A model generated the notes under the pieces. That model saw only the letters and a list, made by a program, of their open reading frames with translations. It did not search any database and was not told where the DNA came from. Positions 10,740-23,329 of a stretch of DNA of 64,000 nt are shown here, in pieces. The DNA is from Mobula hypostoma. Lineage: Eukaryota. Position 1 is the first letter of the stretch, and the number at the start of each line of letters is the position of its first letter. Both the position numbers and the translations under genes were made by a program. The stretch lies in assembly GCF_963921235.1 (NCBI RefSeq), contig NC_086109.1, forward strand, positions 37,202,001 through 37,266,000, written 5' to 3'.

Positions 10740-12228
10740 TTAGTTTAAAGATAATAATGCAGAAGAATAGGATTGGTCCTTGTATTGTGATGCTAAATTG
10801 ATGGCATCTGGTAGGTGTTGACTGGAATACATTGTTTTCTGGCAAAGAGATTAGATTATGAAGACACGCAGTCCTCTCTTATTGTCATTTAGTAATGCAT
10901 GCATTAAGAAATGATACAATATTTCCTCCGGTATGATATCACAAAACACAGGACAGACCAAGACTGAAAAAACTGACCAAACCTCATAATTATAACATAT
11001 AGTTACAACAGTGCAATAGTACCATAACTTAATGAAGAAGTCCATGAGCACAGTAAAAAGTTCAAAGTCTCTCAAATGTCCCACATCTCACGCAGACGGG
11101 AGAAGGAAGAAAAACTCTCCTTGCCATGCCCAACCACAATCCGTCTCTGAGTCATCCAAAAACTTCGAGTCTCCAAATCAGCTCTCCGACACCGAGTACT
11201 GAGCGTCATCTCTGTCTGAACAATTCGAACTCAATCTTGGTCGCCAACAGCAGGCAAAGCCGAGAACTTTGAGGCCTTCCCTCCAGAAGATTCCCAATCA
11301 TGCAGTAACGACAGCAGCGAAAGAACGTTTCAGAAATTTCTCCAGATGTTCCTCTGTGCTTTCACGTCCATCTCCATCAAATCAGAATTGTCCACGGCCC
11401 CTATTTAACGGATACGATATCATTTTTCACTGGAGGGTTGCGCACGCGCAACGCGCTGCTCTCTATCCTCCTTGCTGTTGGTAAGTGGGAGGTTTTCGAA
11501 AGTGAAACATTGAGAGCACAGAATTTGTATGTTCCTTTTGTTGTAAAATGCAAGGCTGACAGGTTTAGAGAATGTTAGTTACTGAGGGATATTAAGACCC
11601 TGTTTAAGAAAAGTTTAGATGTTTAGGATCAAGTGAGGCACCTGAGGAGTATAAGAAATGCTAGGGACCTCTTAAGAGAGAAATTAGGAAGGTAAAAGAG
11701 GACACAAGGTTGCAGCACTGTAAAAGATGAAAGAAAATCCTAAAGGTTTCTATCGCTATCTTAGGAGCAAAAGGATAGCAAAAGACAAAGTTGGTCCTCT
11801 TGAAGATCTGCAAGGTCATCTATGAATGGAACCAAAAGAGAGAGGGGAAAGATGGATTTTTTGTATCAGTATCTACTTGGGAGACAGAGATTTTAGAACT
11901 GAGATGAAAGTGTAGTGAAATTGTGGACCATGTCTGGATCGTGGAAGAAGTGGTGCTGGCTGTCTTGAGGCAAATTTGAGAGGATAAATCGCCAGAGCCT
12001 GACAATGTGTCTCCTTGGACCTTATGTGAGGCTAACACAGAAATTCTAAAAGCCTGGCAGGAATAGTTAATACATCCTTATTCATGGGCCTACTGCTAGA
12101 GGACTGGAGGATTATTAACATTGATCCATTGTTCAAGAATGGTTCTTCGAAATATCTAGGAAATTATAGGCCACTGAGACTGATGTCAGCCATGGGTACA
12201 TTGTTGGAAGACATTCTAAAGGGCAGGA
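10740..12228 (+). mobile_element. Degenerate CR1 ORF2 middle region
   Basis: EDWRIINIDPLFKNGS..GNYRPLRLMS; ENPKGFYRYLRSK-like coding; paralog at 24380-26100. Confidence 0.8.
10851..11472 (-). mobile_element. Short non-LTR retroposon inserted after the duplication
   Basis: Minus-strand 3' end has gacaataag..cataatcta tail; absent from paralog (24505-24520); second copy at 1-165. Confidence 0.65.
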
Positions 12229-12400
12229 TACAGTGCATTCCAGATAATTGGGACAGCCACTATTAACCGGGATTTCAATTGTTTATTTGGGACACAACAC
12301 CTCTTCAGTCAAACCAGAGACTATTGCCAAACGTTTTCTAACTAGCGTCAATCACGTGTACTACTTACGTGGCCCTTAGACACTACACTTTGTGTTGAAA
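12229..12400 (+). mobile_element. Fragment of TA-targeting Tigger/pogo-like MITE (family of 53051-53869)
   Basis: taCAGTGcattccagataattggg terminus and internal actagcgtca...acactacac; paralog at ~26111-26290. Confidence 0.6.
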
Positions 12401-12454
12401 GTGACATATCTGAACTTAAGCTAGTGACTGCACAGGATGCCAGGAAAGTTATTT

Positions 12455-13835
12455 TAAAAACGCAAACACGAGGAATTCTGCAGATGCTGAAAATTCAAGC
12501 AACACACATCAAAGTTGCTGGTGAATGCAGCAGGCCAGGCAGCATCTCTGGGAAGAGGTACAGTCGATGTTTCAGGCTGAGACCCTTCGCCAGGACTAAC
12601 TGAAGGAAGAGCTAGTAAGAGATTTGAAAGTGGGAGGGGGAGGAGGAGATCCAAAATGATAGGAGAAGACAGGAGGGGGAGAGATGGAACCAAGAGCTGG
12701 ACAGGTGATTGGCAAAAGGGATATGAGAGGATCATGGGACAGGAGGCCCAGGGAGAAGGAAAAGAGGGAGGGGGGGGAAGACCCAAAGGATGGGCAAAGG
12801 GGATAGTCAGAGGGACAGAGGGAGAAAAAGGAGAGAGAGAGAAAGAATGTGTGTATATAAATAAATAACAGATGGGGTACAAGGGGGAGGTGGGGCATTA
12901 GCGGAAGTTTGAGAAGTCAATGTTCATGCCATCAGGTTGGAGGCTACCCAGACGGAATATAAGGTGTTGTTCCTCCAACCTGAGTGTGGCTTCATCTTTA
13001 CAGCAGAGGAGGCCGTGGATAGACATATCAGAATGGGAATGGGATGTGGAATTAAAATGTGTGGTCACTGGGAGATCCTGCTTTCTCTGGCGAACAGAGC
13101 GTAGGTGTTCAGCGAAATGATCTCCCAGTCTGCGTTGGGTCTCGCCAATATATAGAAGGCCACATCTTGAGCACCGGACACAGTATATCACCCCAGTCGA
13201 CTCACAGGTGAAGTGTTGCCTCACCTGGAAGGATTGTCTGGGGCCATGACGCGTCATTCCAGGACAAGGGAAATGTCCTCCTTTTTTAAAGAAAGGGGCT
13301 TCCCTTCCTCCACCATTAACTCTGCTCTCAAACGCATCTCCCCCATTTCACGCATATCTGCTCTCACTCCATCCTCCCGCCACCCCACTAGGAATAGGGT
13401 TCCCCTGGTCCTCACCTACCACCCACCAGCCTCTGGGTCCAACATATTATTCTCCGTAACTTCCGCCACCTCCAACGGGATCCCACCACTAAGCACATCT
13501 TTCCCTCCCCCCCCCTGCATTCCGCAGGGATCGCTCCCTACGCAACTCCCTTGTCCATTTGTCCCCCCCATCCCTCCCCACTGATCTCCCTCCTGGCACT
13601 TATCCGTGTAAGCGGAACAAGTGCTACACATGCCCTTACACTTCCTCCCTTACCACCATTCAGGGCCCCAGATAGTCCTTCCAGGTGAGGCAACACTTCA
13701 CCTGTGAGTCGGCTGGGGTGATATACTGCATCCGGTGCTCCCGTTGTGGCCTTCTATATATTGGCAAGACCCGACGCAGACTGGGAGATCGTTTTGCTGA
13801 ACACCTACGCTCTGTCCACTAGAGGAAGCAGGATC
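12455..13835. mobile_element. Penelope-like element in inverted configuration (minus 12455-13246, plus 13247-13835)
   Basis: GIY-YIG ORF 12898-13257 (GVIYCVRCSRCGLLYIGETQRRLGDHFAEH) on minus; same region on plus (RVPLVLTYHP, YIGKTRRRLGDRFAEH). Confidence 0.92.
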
Positions 13836-15149
13836 TGTTGTCTCCATTAACAATCTGGGTGATAATGTGATAAACTGAATCAGCAAATTTACGAGTATCA
13901 CCAAGATTGGGGGCAAAATGGACAAGGAGGAGGTTATTAAAATTTGTTTCATGAGTTGGGATGTTGGTGAGGCCGAATGTAGAGTTCTGTGCGCAGTTTT
14001 AGTCATCTACCTGTGGGCAATATCGATAAGATTGAAAGAGTGCACAGAAATTCTACATGGACATTTCCAGGACATGAGAACCTGTGTTACAGGGAACGGT
14101 TGAATAGAGTCATAGAACAACACAGCATGGAAACAGGTCCTTTGGTCCAACTGGACCATGCAGACCACAGCATTGTCCCTGTTAGTCCCAGTTGTCCATG
14201 TCTGAATGATAGGCCACCATGCCCGTCCCTTCCTTTATCAATCAAAATGTCTCTCAAATGTTGCAATTGTACAGTCTTAACAAACTTCGCTGGCAGCTCA
14301 TTCCAAGTACTCACTAGCCTCTGTGTGAAGAAGTTACCTCTTGGATCACTTTTACATTTCTGCCCTGTTATCCTGTATCTGTGCCCTGTGGTTTTGGACC
14401 CCCCCCCCCCCAACCCTGGGAAAATGAGTTCAAGTTCAAGTTTAATTATCATTCCGCAATGCATCAATACTGCAGAATAAACAGTGTTCCTAGGGGGCCA
14501 AGGTGCAAAACATACACAGCACATTTAAGATATCAAGCAAATAATCATTTATGCAAGAAAAAAAATCTATAGCCCAATTCCCTCAGTGATGTATCCTGCA
14601 AATTGATGGTGCATTTCCCAGTAGTCTGCAGACAACCATAGACCAGACTCTCATTACCCTGCACTCTGGGTCATAAAGATCCAGTGTCAGCAACCTCTCC
14701 AGCACTCAGGCCCTCTAGTCTGGGAAACATCCCAGTAAATCTCTTCTGCATCTTCTCCAGCTTGTCAATGTTTTTCCTGCAACACAGTGGTCAAAAGTCT
14801 ACACAATTCTCCAAATGCAGTCTCACTACATAGTTGGGATTTTATTCCCTGGAGTGCAGGAGAATGAGGGCAGATTTTATAGAGGTATATCAAATATTAA
14901 GGGGTATAGATAGGGTAAATACAAGCAGCCAGCTATTAATGAAGAAGATGCATTTTCCCCTCAGGCTGGGTGAGACTAGAACAGGAGATAAAAGGCTTAG
15001 GGTGAAAGGTGAAATATTTAAGAGGAATCTAAAAACATGGTCTAGATGGTGACGGTCCTTGATGATGGATGTTTCTTTCCTGCGACACTGCCCCGTGGAG
15101 ATGTGCTCAGTGGTGGGAAGGGCTTTACCCATAATAGACCAGGCTGTAT

Positions 15150-15400
15150 TAGATTAGATTAGATTCAACTTTATTGTCATTGTGCTGAGTACAGATACAA
15201 AGCCAATGAAATGCAGTTAGCATCTGACCAGAAATGCAAAGCATAGCGTTATTTACAAAATAACTGTGAATAAAAAGTAAGTGCTACAGCACACAAATAT
15301 AAAAGTACTAAGACAGTACAATATGGATGCAATACTGCTTAGCGCTGTGATGTGAGGTTCAGCAGGATCACAGCCTCAGGGAAGAAGCTCTTCCTGCGCC
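15150..15400 (-). mobile_element. Rex1/Babar-like LINE 3' end
   Basis: Minus strand ends gacaataaagttgaatctaatcta; plus-strand copy at ~24635-24742; absent in copy A. Confidence 0.6.
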
Positions 15401-15474
15401 TGTGTATCCATTTCTTCATACACAAAAAATGCTGGTGAATGCAGCAGGCCAGGCAGCATCTATAGGAAGAGGTA

Positions 15475-15512
15475 TAGTCGACGTTTCGGGCCGAGACCCT
15501 TCGTCAGGACTA
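15475..15512 (-). ncRNA. Minimal hammerhead ribozyme motif with intact core
   Basis: Minus: TAGTC-CTGACGA-AGGGTCTCGGCCC-GAAA-CGTC-GACTA; perfect 5-bp stem I, GUC cleavage triplet, palindromic ACGU in place of helix III. Confidence 0.8.
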
Positions 15513-15542
15513 ACTAAATCTCTTACTATCTCTTCTTTCAGG

Positions 15543-15580
15543 TAGTCCTGACGAAGGGTCTCGGCCCGAAACGTTGATTG
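15543..15580 (+). ncRNA. Minimal hammerhead ribozyme motif
   Basis: TAGTC-CTGACGA-AGGGTCTCGGCCC-GAAA-CGTT-GATTG; GUU triplet, stem I with G-U pairs. Confidence 0.7.
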
Positions 15581-16050
15581 TACCTCTTCCTATAGATGCT
15601 GCCTGGTCTGCTGCATTCACCAACATTTTTAGTGTGTGTTGCTTGAATTTCCAGCATCTGCAGATTTCCCCGAGTTTCCACTACTTCCTGTAGGCTTTTC
15701 TGTTCATGGTTCTGTTCATGTTTCCATATCCAGATATGATACAGCCCTGCCATGCTTTCATGCATGATTTGTAGCATCCAGTACAGTTCCCAGTAGAGTT
15801 CCTCTGAAATGCCCAGGAATTTGAAGTGTCTGACCCTCCAACTCTGATCCACCAACGAGTACTGGCTCATGGTTTCTTCCCCTTGTAGTCAAAAATCAGC
15901 TCCTTGGTTTTGCGGACTTGATCCATTGATTGCTCTAATTCAGCTCCTATGTCTCATGGTGTTATGGACTTAGTTCTTGCAGGCTCTAAGGCAATCCCAT
16001 TCCCACACCTATTTCCCTGTAAACTGTTCCCTTTCACTAATTCTCCTGAT

Positions 16051-16332
16051 ACAGCCGGATTTGGGAACAGCTTCTTTCCAACTGTGATAAGACTGCTGAA
16101 CGGATCCTGACCCGGATCTGGGTCGTACCCTCCAAATATCCGGACCTGCCTCTCGTTTTTTTTGCACTACCTTACTTTCTATTTTCTATTTTCTATTTAT
16201 GATTTATAATTTAAATTTTTAATATTTACTATCAATTTGTACTCCAGGGACATGGAAGCGCAGAATCAAATATCGCTGTGATGATCGTACGTTCTAGTAT
16301 CAATTGTTCGGCGACAATAAAGTATAAAGTAT
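16051..16332 (+). mobile_element. Rex1/Babar LINE 3' end
   Basis: RFGNSFFPTVIRLLNGS* then tail aataaagtataaagtata; same family as 29795-30106; absent at paralogous site ~3113. Confidence 0.8.
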
Positions 16333-16489
16333 AACCTGCTGTCAGGGAGGCTCTTCACATCAGTAGTGGTGTTAAGAACAGGAGAATATGGAATGAAGGG
16401 TCTTGACATGAAAGAGTAACAGTTTATTCCTCTCCATAGATGGTACCGGACCTGCTGAAAGTCTACAGTATTTTGTTTGTGTTCTTGCA

Positions 16490-17040
16490 GAATAAAGATG
16501 TTTGGTCAATAATCTAGGAATGATGAATAGAAATATATTTCTACACTTCAATTATTTAAGGTCTGGCGGTAAATGTCTGTTGGAATAATGGAGGCAGATT
16601 CATATGTTACATTCACCCAAGAGTGACAGTGTACCCCAGTGTCCCCAGGAATGTGCCATTCACAAATCAGACATTATTTACAGACAGTACCTTTGTAACA
16701 TACAAAGCTTGCAAATGTGTCAGCCAATTCTTTGTTTTCAATCACAATTTTAACACTGAATTTCCTTTAACCCAGACAAAGGGCAAAGAATGTGAACAAT
16801 CCCACCTCTAACATTCCCAAGGTCACGGGCCCAGGGTCACCATGTAAACCAGTTATTCCTTTCACCCTCATCACTTCATTGAAACCCCACCAATGACCAA
16901 AGCTTTCACTAAATGCAGAAATGTTAAGGTGTGTCCACTCAGTGAGAGGACAAAGCCACTGAGACATGAGTGGGACACACGACAGTGAGATGCAGCCTCA
17001 CCACAGGGTTTAAACTCTGGTTTCGTGGAGACCAGAGACA
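16490..17040. other. Core of the duplicated unit, copy 2
   Basis: Aligns with 3260-3798. Confidence 0.6.
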
Positions 17041-17708
17041 AACATATTCAGGCAGATATTATGGATTCTGACATATCTACATGGATCATTCAAAAGATCC
17101 AGTGACAGGTCATTCAGGTGTTACTGTTTATATTCCAAAATTTCAGGTTGAACAATTACTGAGGTTCTGGTTGACACCAAAATGAGTGTGTGTGAAAATG
17201 AGGATTGGCTGAGGTTACAGTGGGATGGAGACCTCCTGGGAAAGTGGGCCAAGGAATGGCACGTGGAACTTAACTGGACAAGTATGATTCTGGAAATTTA
17301 ACCCAGAGTAGAATATACAGAGTGAATGACAGGGCTCAGGAAGAGTTGTAGAACAGAGAGACTGATGTGTAGAAGTACAGACTTCCCTAAAAGAGGCACT
17401 CAAGTAGACAGGATGGTGAAGAAGGTGTGGACGGATTCTCATGCTGTGTAAATCTGAGACTCTCAGTGTACACGGTCCTATCATTGCCTATTGTAAGCCT
17501 GTGAATTTACTTTCTCTTTCTTTTGCCAGAACAAGACTGTCAGAGGATTGGGAAACTTTTAAAAAACCAACAGAAGGCAACTAAAAAAAGACACAAAGAT
17601 GGAATACAAAGGTAAGCTAAAGAATAATGTGAAAGAGGATACTAAAAGTGTTTATAGATATCTAAAGAAAGGCAAGAGTAGATATTGGACTGCTGGAAAT
17701 GATGCTGG

Positions 17709-18267
17709 TGTAACTCTCGGTTCGGCTAGTGGCTTAATCTAGGGGAAGTCAGCCCTCAGCCCGGCTAAACTTAAGAAATTTTGTTTGGGTAGATGCTGTG
17801 CTATGTGTCCCCTGTTACAAATCAGTACCACAAAGTAACAAACAGTACACAATATGCGATTAAACAACTGAGCTTTATAATTCTTAATTTGACTATATGG
17901 TTAGTGAAGAAACAAAAAAAGAGAAAAGGGCCCATTCTCATGAAACAGTCTAATGCACAACGTTGGAGCTCACGGCTCTGTTCATTTGTTCCCCATCGAC
18001 CTCGTCTGAGCGTAGCCGACCTACGAACCCTCACTCCAAGTCCACTCCATCCAGCAGTCTAAGAACTCTCTCCATTTACGTCTTCTCTCCTCATCTCTCC
18101 CTGGCGAAAGACCATGAAATCCCTGCTCCCAGACCCATTAGAAAGAACAACATCCCGCTCATTGGCTAGAATACATTCCAAAGGCCCTTTTATCTCCAGT
18201 CATAACTTAAACATCGCTGCTACAGAGAAACCATTACCTTAGCAGTGAAACATTACAGCGCATTACA
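17709..18267 (-). repeat. Gypsy 3' LTR
   Basis: TGTAAC...TTACA; homologous to 22872-23329; adjacent minus-strand PPT tttggtggggcgagag. Confidence 0.9.
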
Positions 18268-19235
18268 CTCTCGCCCCACCAAATTTAGTCATGTCCTCAT
18301 GACTCTGAGAAAATTCGCCAATCCTTCCTGCAAAACACACGTCCAATCCAGGTGTACCAGGCAGTGACATAGCTCCCCAAAATGGTAGGAGTCACACTCT
18401 GTTCCCCTGGTGCTATGTAGGCCAGCCTATCCGTGCTCTCCTAATTCTCTGAGACCTCCGCACCCCCTCACCTAACTCTTCAGGTTCAGACACTACTGGG
18501 GATGCTTCCGGTCTACCTGGCAAAGCCTCCTACCCTGACCTATCACTTGTGCCCACCTGCAGGGTTCCGCTGCAACCCAGGCTGTCCACAGATAGCCCCC
18601 TCCCCGCCACACACTTCACTTGACTCAGCGGGAGAAGGGCTGGAAGTCTCCTCCCCAATCAATGGAGAGTTAGCAAAAGGCAGCATATACTACACATCCA
18701 GGTCCTCACCACCTGAATCTGTATCCCCCTCAGGGGCAGGGGCCAGCCTAGCCTCTCCTGCAGTCGCTCCGCATTTCCGCAGAGTCCTCCTATTAGGTGT
18801 AGGCTCCAAGTTAGGCTTTGGGTCTGCCTGCACCTCTTGTCCCAGGGGCAGCAGCTAGGTTCCAATGGAGAATCTTGACAAGCCCATTCCTATCCTCTAG
18901 TTTCACCAGAAAACTGAGAGGTTTGGCATTTGACTCTCCACCACATAGGGCGTAGCCGCCCAGGTCAGCCAACTTATGTTTCCCAGGTAGCCCCAACTTC
19001 CTTATGAGAACCCGATCTCCTGGCAGGAGTTGGGAGAACCTCACCTTTTGATCAGACCTCCTCTTATTTCCTTGATTCTGCTTGGCAGCCGCGACCCCAG
19101 CTAATTCATAAGCCCTTTTTAGCTTTCTTCTCATGTCACACGTATACATCAGATAAGTCTTCAGTGGTACATTAGTCCCAAAACAAAGGTCAATGGGCAA
19201 CCTTGCCTCGCACCCAAACATCAAATAGTATGGCC

Positions 19236-19519
19236 TTAGTTAGAACCTTCAGCATTTTGGGCATCGAGGGAGAGAGGAAGAGGAGAGCCATCCGCAGTAC
19301 CACCGATGCGGCAGAGAGGGCCTCAAGATGGCTGTGGCTCAAAAGAGGGGAGCCATGGAGTCATAAGTAGCTAGTCATCTGGACACGAGCTGGGGTCTGA
19401 TCAGCCCCGGCTGGGTCACCTGGAGGAGGTTGTATGATGTTGAAAGACCCGAAACACCCGATGATTCCAGGAACATCACTGAAGATGTGTCCAGAAGCAT
19501 CAATAGATGTATGTACACA
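19236..19519 (+). mobile_element. HERO/Rex6-like (restriction-like endonuclease) LINE 3' end nested in Gypsy integrase
   Basis: LVRTFSILGIEGERKRRAIRSTTDAAERASRWLWLKRGEPWSHK* followed by 3' UTR gatcagccccggctgggtcacc...gacccgaaacacccgatga. Confidence 0.7.
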
Positions 19520-19576
19520 GTGAGTACCTGGTAGCTTCATTTCGGTTACAGTTGTAATTGTGGACCAGATGTTAGT

Positions 19577-20933
19577 TCAGTAGTTGCTAAGTTGATGGAG
19601 AAGACCCTGCGAGGCAAGATTTACAAACATTTGGAGAGGCATAATATGATCAGGAATAGTCAGCATGGCTTTGTCAAAGGCAGGTCGTGCCTCACGAGCC
19701 TGATTGAATTTTCTGAGGATGTGACTAAGCACATTGATGAAGATAAACCAGTAGATGCAGTGTATATAGATTTCAGCAAGGCATTTGATAAGGTACACCA
19801 TGCAAGGCTTATTGCAAAAGTAAGGAGGTATGGGATCCAAGGGGGCATTGCTTTGTGGATCCAGAACTGGCTTGCCCACAGAAGGCAAAGAGTGGTTGTA
19901 GACAGGTCATATTCTGCATGGAGGTCAGTGACTTGTGGTGTGCATCAGGGATCTGTTCTGGGACCCCTACTCATCGTGATTTTTATAAATGACCTAGATG
20001 AGGAAGTGGAGGGATAGGTTAGTAAATTTGCTGATGACACAAAGGTTGGAGGTGTTGTGGATAGTGTGGAGGGCTGTCAGAGGTTACAGCGGAACATTGA
20101 TAGGATGCAAAACTGGGCTGAAAAGTGGCAGATGGAGTTCAACTCAGATAAGTGTGAGGTGGTTCACTTTGGTAGGTCAAATATGATGGCAGAGTATAGT
20201 ATTAATGGTAAGACTCTTGGCAGTGTGAAGGATCAGAGGGATCTTGTGGTCTGAGTCCATAGGACTCTCAAAGCTGCTACGCAGGTTGACTCTGTGGTTA
20301 AGAAGGCATACAGTGCATTTGCCTTCATCAATAACGGGACTGAGTTTAGGAGCCGAGAGGTAATGTTGCAGCTATATAGGACCCTGGTCAGACTCCACTT
20401 GGAGCACTGTGTTCAGTTCTGGTTGCCTCACTACAGGAAGGATGTGGAAACAATAGAAATGGTGCAGAGGAGATTTACAAGGATGTTGCCTGTATTGGGG
20501 AGCATGCCTTATGAGAATAGGTTGAGTGAACTTGACCTTTTCTCCTTGGAACGACGGCGGATGCAAGGTGGCCTGATGGAGGTGCATAAGATGGTGGAAG
20601 GCATTGATCATGGGATGGTCAGAGGCTTTTTTCCCAGGGCTGAGATGGCTAGCATGAGAGGGCATAGTTTTAATGTGCTTGGAAGTAGGTACAGAGGAGA
20701 TGTCAGGGATAAGTTTTTTACGCAGAGAGTGGTGAGTGCGTGGAATGGGCTGCCGGCGATAGTGGTGGAGGCGGATACGATAGGGTCTTTTGGGAGACTC
20801 CTGGATAGGTACATGGAGCTGAGAAAAATAGAGGGCTATGGGTAACCCTCTAAGGTAAGGACATGTTAGGCACAGCTTTGTGGGCTGTAGGGCCTATATT
20901 GTGCTGTAGATTTTTTGTTTCTATGCTTCTATG
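19577..20933 (+). mobile_element. 5'-truncated CR1 LINE (RT and C-terminus) nested in Gypsy integrase
   Basis: [56 protein letters not shown]; ttctatg tail; few stops. Confidence 0.95.
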
Positions 20934-22849
20934 TCCAATATGTTGACTCCACCTGCTCTTGTTGCTGATCTTCAAGGTCCCGAGCATGGCTAGCAAGGTC
21001 CTATTAAACCTCCAGGGCTGGGGATCACCCCGCGGATGATAGGGCGTGGTCCTCGACTTCTTAACTCCCAACATGCCCAGTAACTCATGGATGAGTCTGC
21101 TCTAGAAATCCCGTCCCTGATCACTATGTATCCACCTGGGAAGGCCATAATAAATGAAATACTTCTCCCATAACACCTTTGCCACCGTAGAGGCCCTCTG
21201 GTCCTTGGTAGGAAAAACCTGAGCATATCTGGTGTAGTGGTCCATGATGACTAAGACATTCGGCATGTTGCTGGCATCAGGTTCTATTGACAGGAAATCC
21301 TTACGCACGAGGTCCAGGGTCCCGCACTCTGCATGTGGGACAAGGGAGCTGCCTGCATTGGCAGTGTCCTCCACTGTATGCAGTGAATGCATGACTTGCA
21401 GTATTCTTCTACCTCTGACTTCACTCGGGGCTGATATCATAGGCAGACAATGCCACCAACCACCGATGGCCTGTGGCATCCAGTTTTGCCAAGGTTAGAA
21501 TATAAGTTAGGGGGTTATTTTCTGTTCTCACCTCAGACTTGGCCCCATAGAGGTAGTCACTCAGCTTGTCCACCACCACCCATTTCAACGCTGAAAATTC
21601 CAACCTGTGCATGGGATAGTTTTGCTTGGAGGGTGACAGACTCCTGCTGACAAATGAAACGGGTATCAACCTGGTGCCCTGATCCTGATAGAGGACACCC
21701 CCTAAGCCCTCTTGGCCGGCATCTGTATGCAGTACATACGGCAATCGGGGGTCCGCAAAAGCCAGCACCGGCGCCTGGGTCAGCAACTCCTTCAGCGACT
21801 GAAAGGTCACACTGACTGATAACAGCCAAAACATCTCCATTCTCAACTCTGCCACAATCTCCTCTACCGCTCCCCGGGGTAGGCTATCCGTGGTCATTTC
21901 ACTGCAGTGGACCACTACCGAGGACTGTAACCTGCTGACGGAGGCCTCCCGCGCATCCAACACGTTCTCCTCTTCACCTACCTCTCTGATCATCTCAACA
22001 AAAGATGGAGGGGGTTGTGTCTTATGAGACAGTCAGAGACCCCAAGCAATCAGGTCCTGGGACTGGGCACCCCTGGCTACTTGGTCCACTCTTAACTGAT
22101 GCACCTCAACTACCTGAATGACCCCTCTGCGCTGCAAGCAATTTAGCTTCCTCTCTAACTGAAAAATATCAACAGAAAGCTGCTCCTTCTTCTCCTGACG
22201 CATGTTCTGAAATTTCGCCATGAGCTCCATTGGGCTTCCTGTCGGGCCAAAAGCATTGTCCAGTGCTTGCATGTAATTGACAGCTGTTGCCATGGGATAC
22301 CGCAACCTGGTGGCTCACGTCAGCAGCCGGCCCAGTCAAGCTCTCAACCAATCTCTGTCGCTTTACGTCATCAGAGCACTGTCACTCATCTAACTACTGA
22401 GAGGTCTGCTCCGCCCAAGTCTTAAGCTCCTCTTCCCCTTTAGGGCTGGGCGTTATTTCAGAGAATAGGCGGAACCTACCATAGCAGGGACTTTGAACCT
22501 GGGCATTTTTCTATTCATTCGCTAGAGAGGTAAGGGTAGATACTAACTCAGAACTCTCACTCTTCACTGGGGTACATGGACTAATTAGACATTCCAAAAC
22601 CGACCACTCCTTTCCCTCCCTCTTCAGAAACAATAAAACCCTGTCTTTGAAATCTCCGCCCCCAGCTACCGTTACGTCAGCGCTGGTCTACATTAAAACG
22701 AGAGGGGCACCTGCCATTTTATCAAACCTCTACCCCGCAATCGCAACTTTAACAGTACTTAACAGGCAAATTAACAATTCATCCAGAATATGAATATCTA
22801 CCCCACTCGTTCTATGCTCAGGGTAATCACACAGCATCCAACGAAACCA

Positions 22850-22867
22850 ATCCTGGACGAGCCCCCA
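22850..22867 (-). other. Primer binding site, tRNA-Pro
   Basis: Minus TGGGGGCTCGTCCAGGAT next to the 5' LTR; one mismatch to canonical TGGGGGCTCGTCCGGGAT. Confidence 0.85.
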
Positions 22868-22871
22868 CAAT

Positions 22872-23329
22872 TGTAACTCTCGGTTCAGCTAGTGCCTTAA
22901 TCTAGGGGAAGACAGCTTTATAATTCTTAATTTGACTATATAGTTAGTAAAGAAACAAAAAAAAAGAAGAGGGCTCATTCTCATGAAACAGCGTTGGAGC
23001 TCACAATTCTGCTCATTTGTTCTTTGTCAACCTCCTCAGAAATGATAGCTGATCCTCGGAGCCTCACTCCAAGTCCACTCCATCTGGCGGTCTACCAACT
23101 CTCTCTATTCACGTCTTCTCTCCTCATCCACGGCAAAAGACCATGAAATTCCTGCTCCTAGACCGACAAGAGAGAACAACATCCCGCTCATAGGCTAGAA
23201 TACATTCCAAAGGCCTCATTATCTCTTGTCATAACTCAAACATGGGTGCTGTAGAGAAACCATTACCTTAGCAGTGAAATATTACAGAGAGGCCATTACA
23301 GTAGCAGTGAAACCTTACAGCGTGTTACA
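22872..23329 (-). repeat. Gypsy 5' LTR (internally shortened)
   Basis: tgtaactctcggttc...gtgttaca, followed by TSD ctgg. Confidence 0.9.

Larger units (their letters stand above)
2001..12453. repeat. Segmental duplication copy A (paralog of 14103-26340)
   Basis: Colinear diverged matches: 2001~14103, 3260~16490, 6140~17030, 10341~23975, 11480~24518, 12280~26175. Confidence 0.9.
15418..15675. mobile_element. Two Penelope pseudo-LTR tails forming a ~95-bp-arm inverted repeat
   Basis: Arms 15418-15512 and 15543-15637 are near-perfect reverse complements with a ~30 nt spacer. Confidence 0.9.
17709..23329 (-). mobile_element. Ty3/Gypsy LTR retrotransposon with PNMA-like gag, internally deleted, with two nested LINEs
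   Basis: LTRs 17709-18267 and 22872-23329, TSD CTGG, PPT beside 18268, gag (YMQALDNAFG..FQNMRQEKKE), RNase H (LHTDAGQEGLGGVL), integrase (IHSDQGRDF, TTPYHPRGD); protease and RT missing. Confidence 0.95.
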
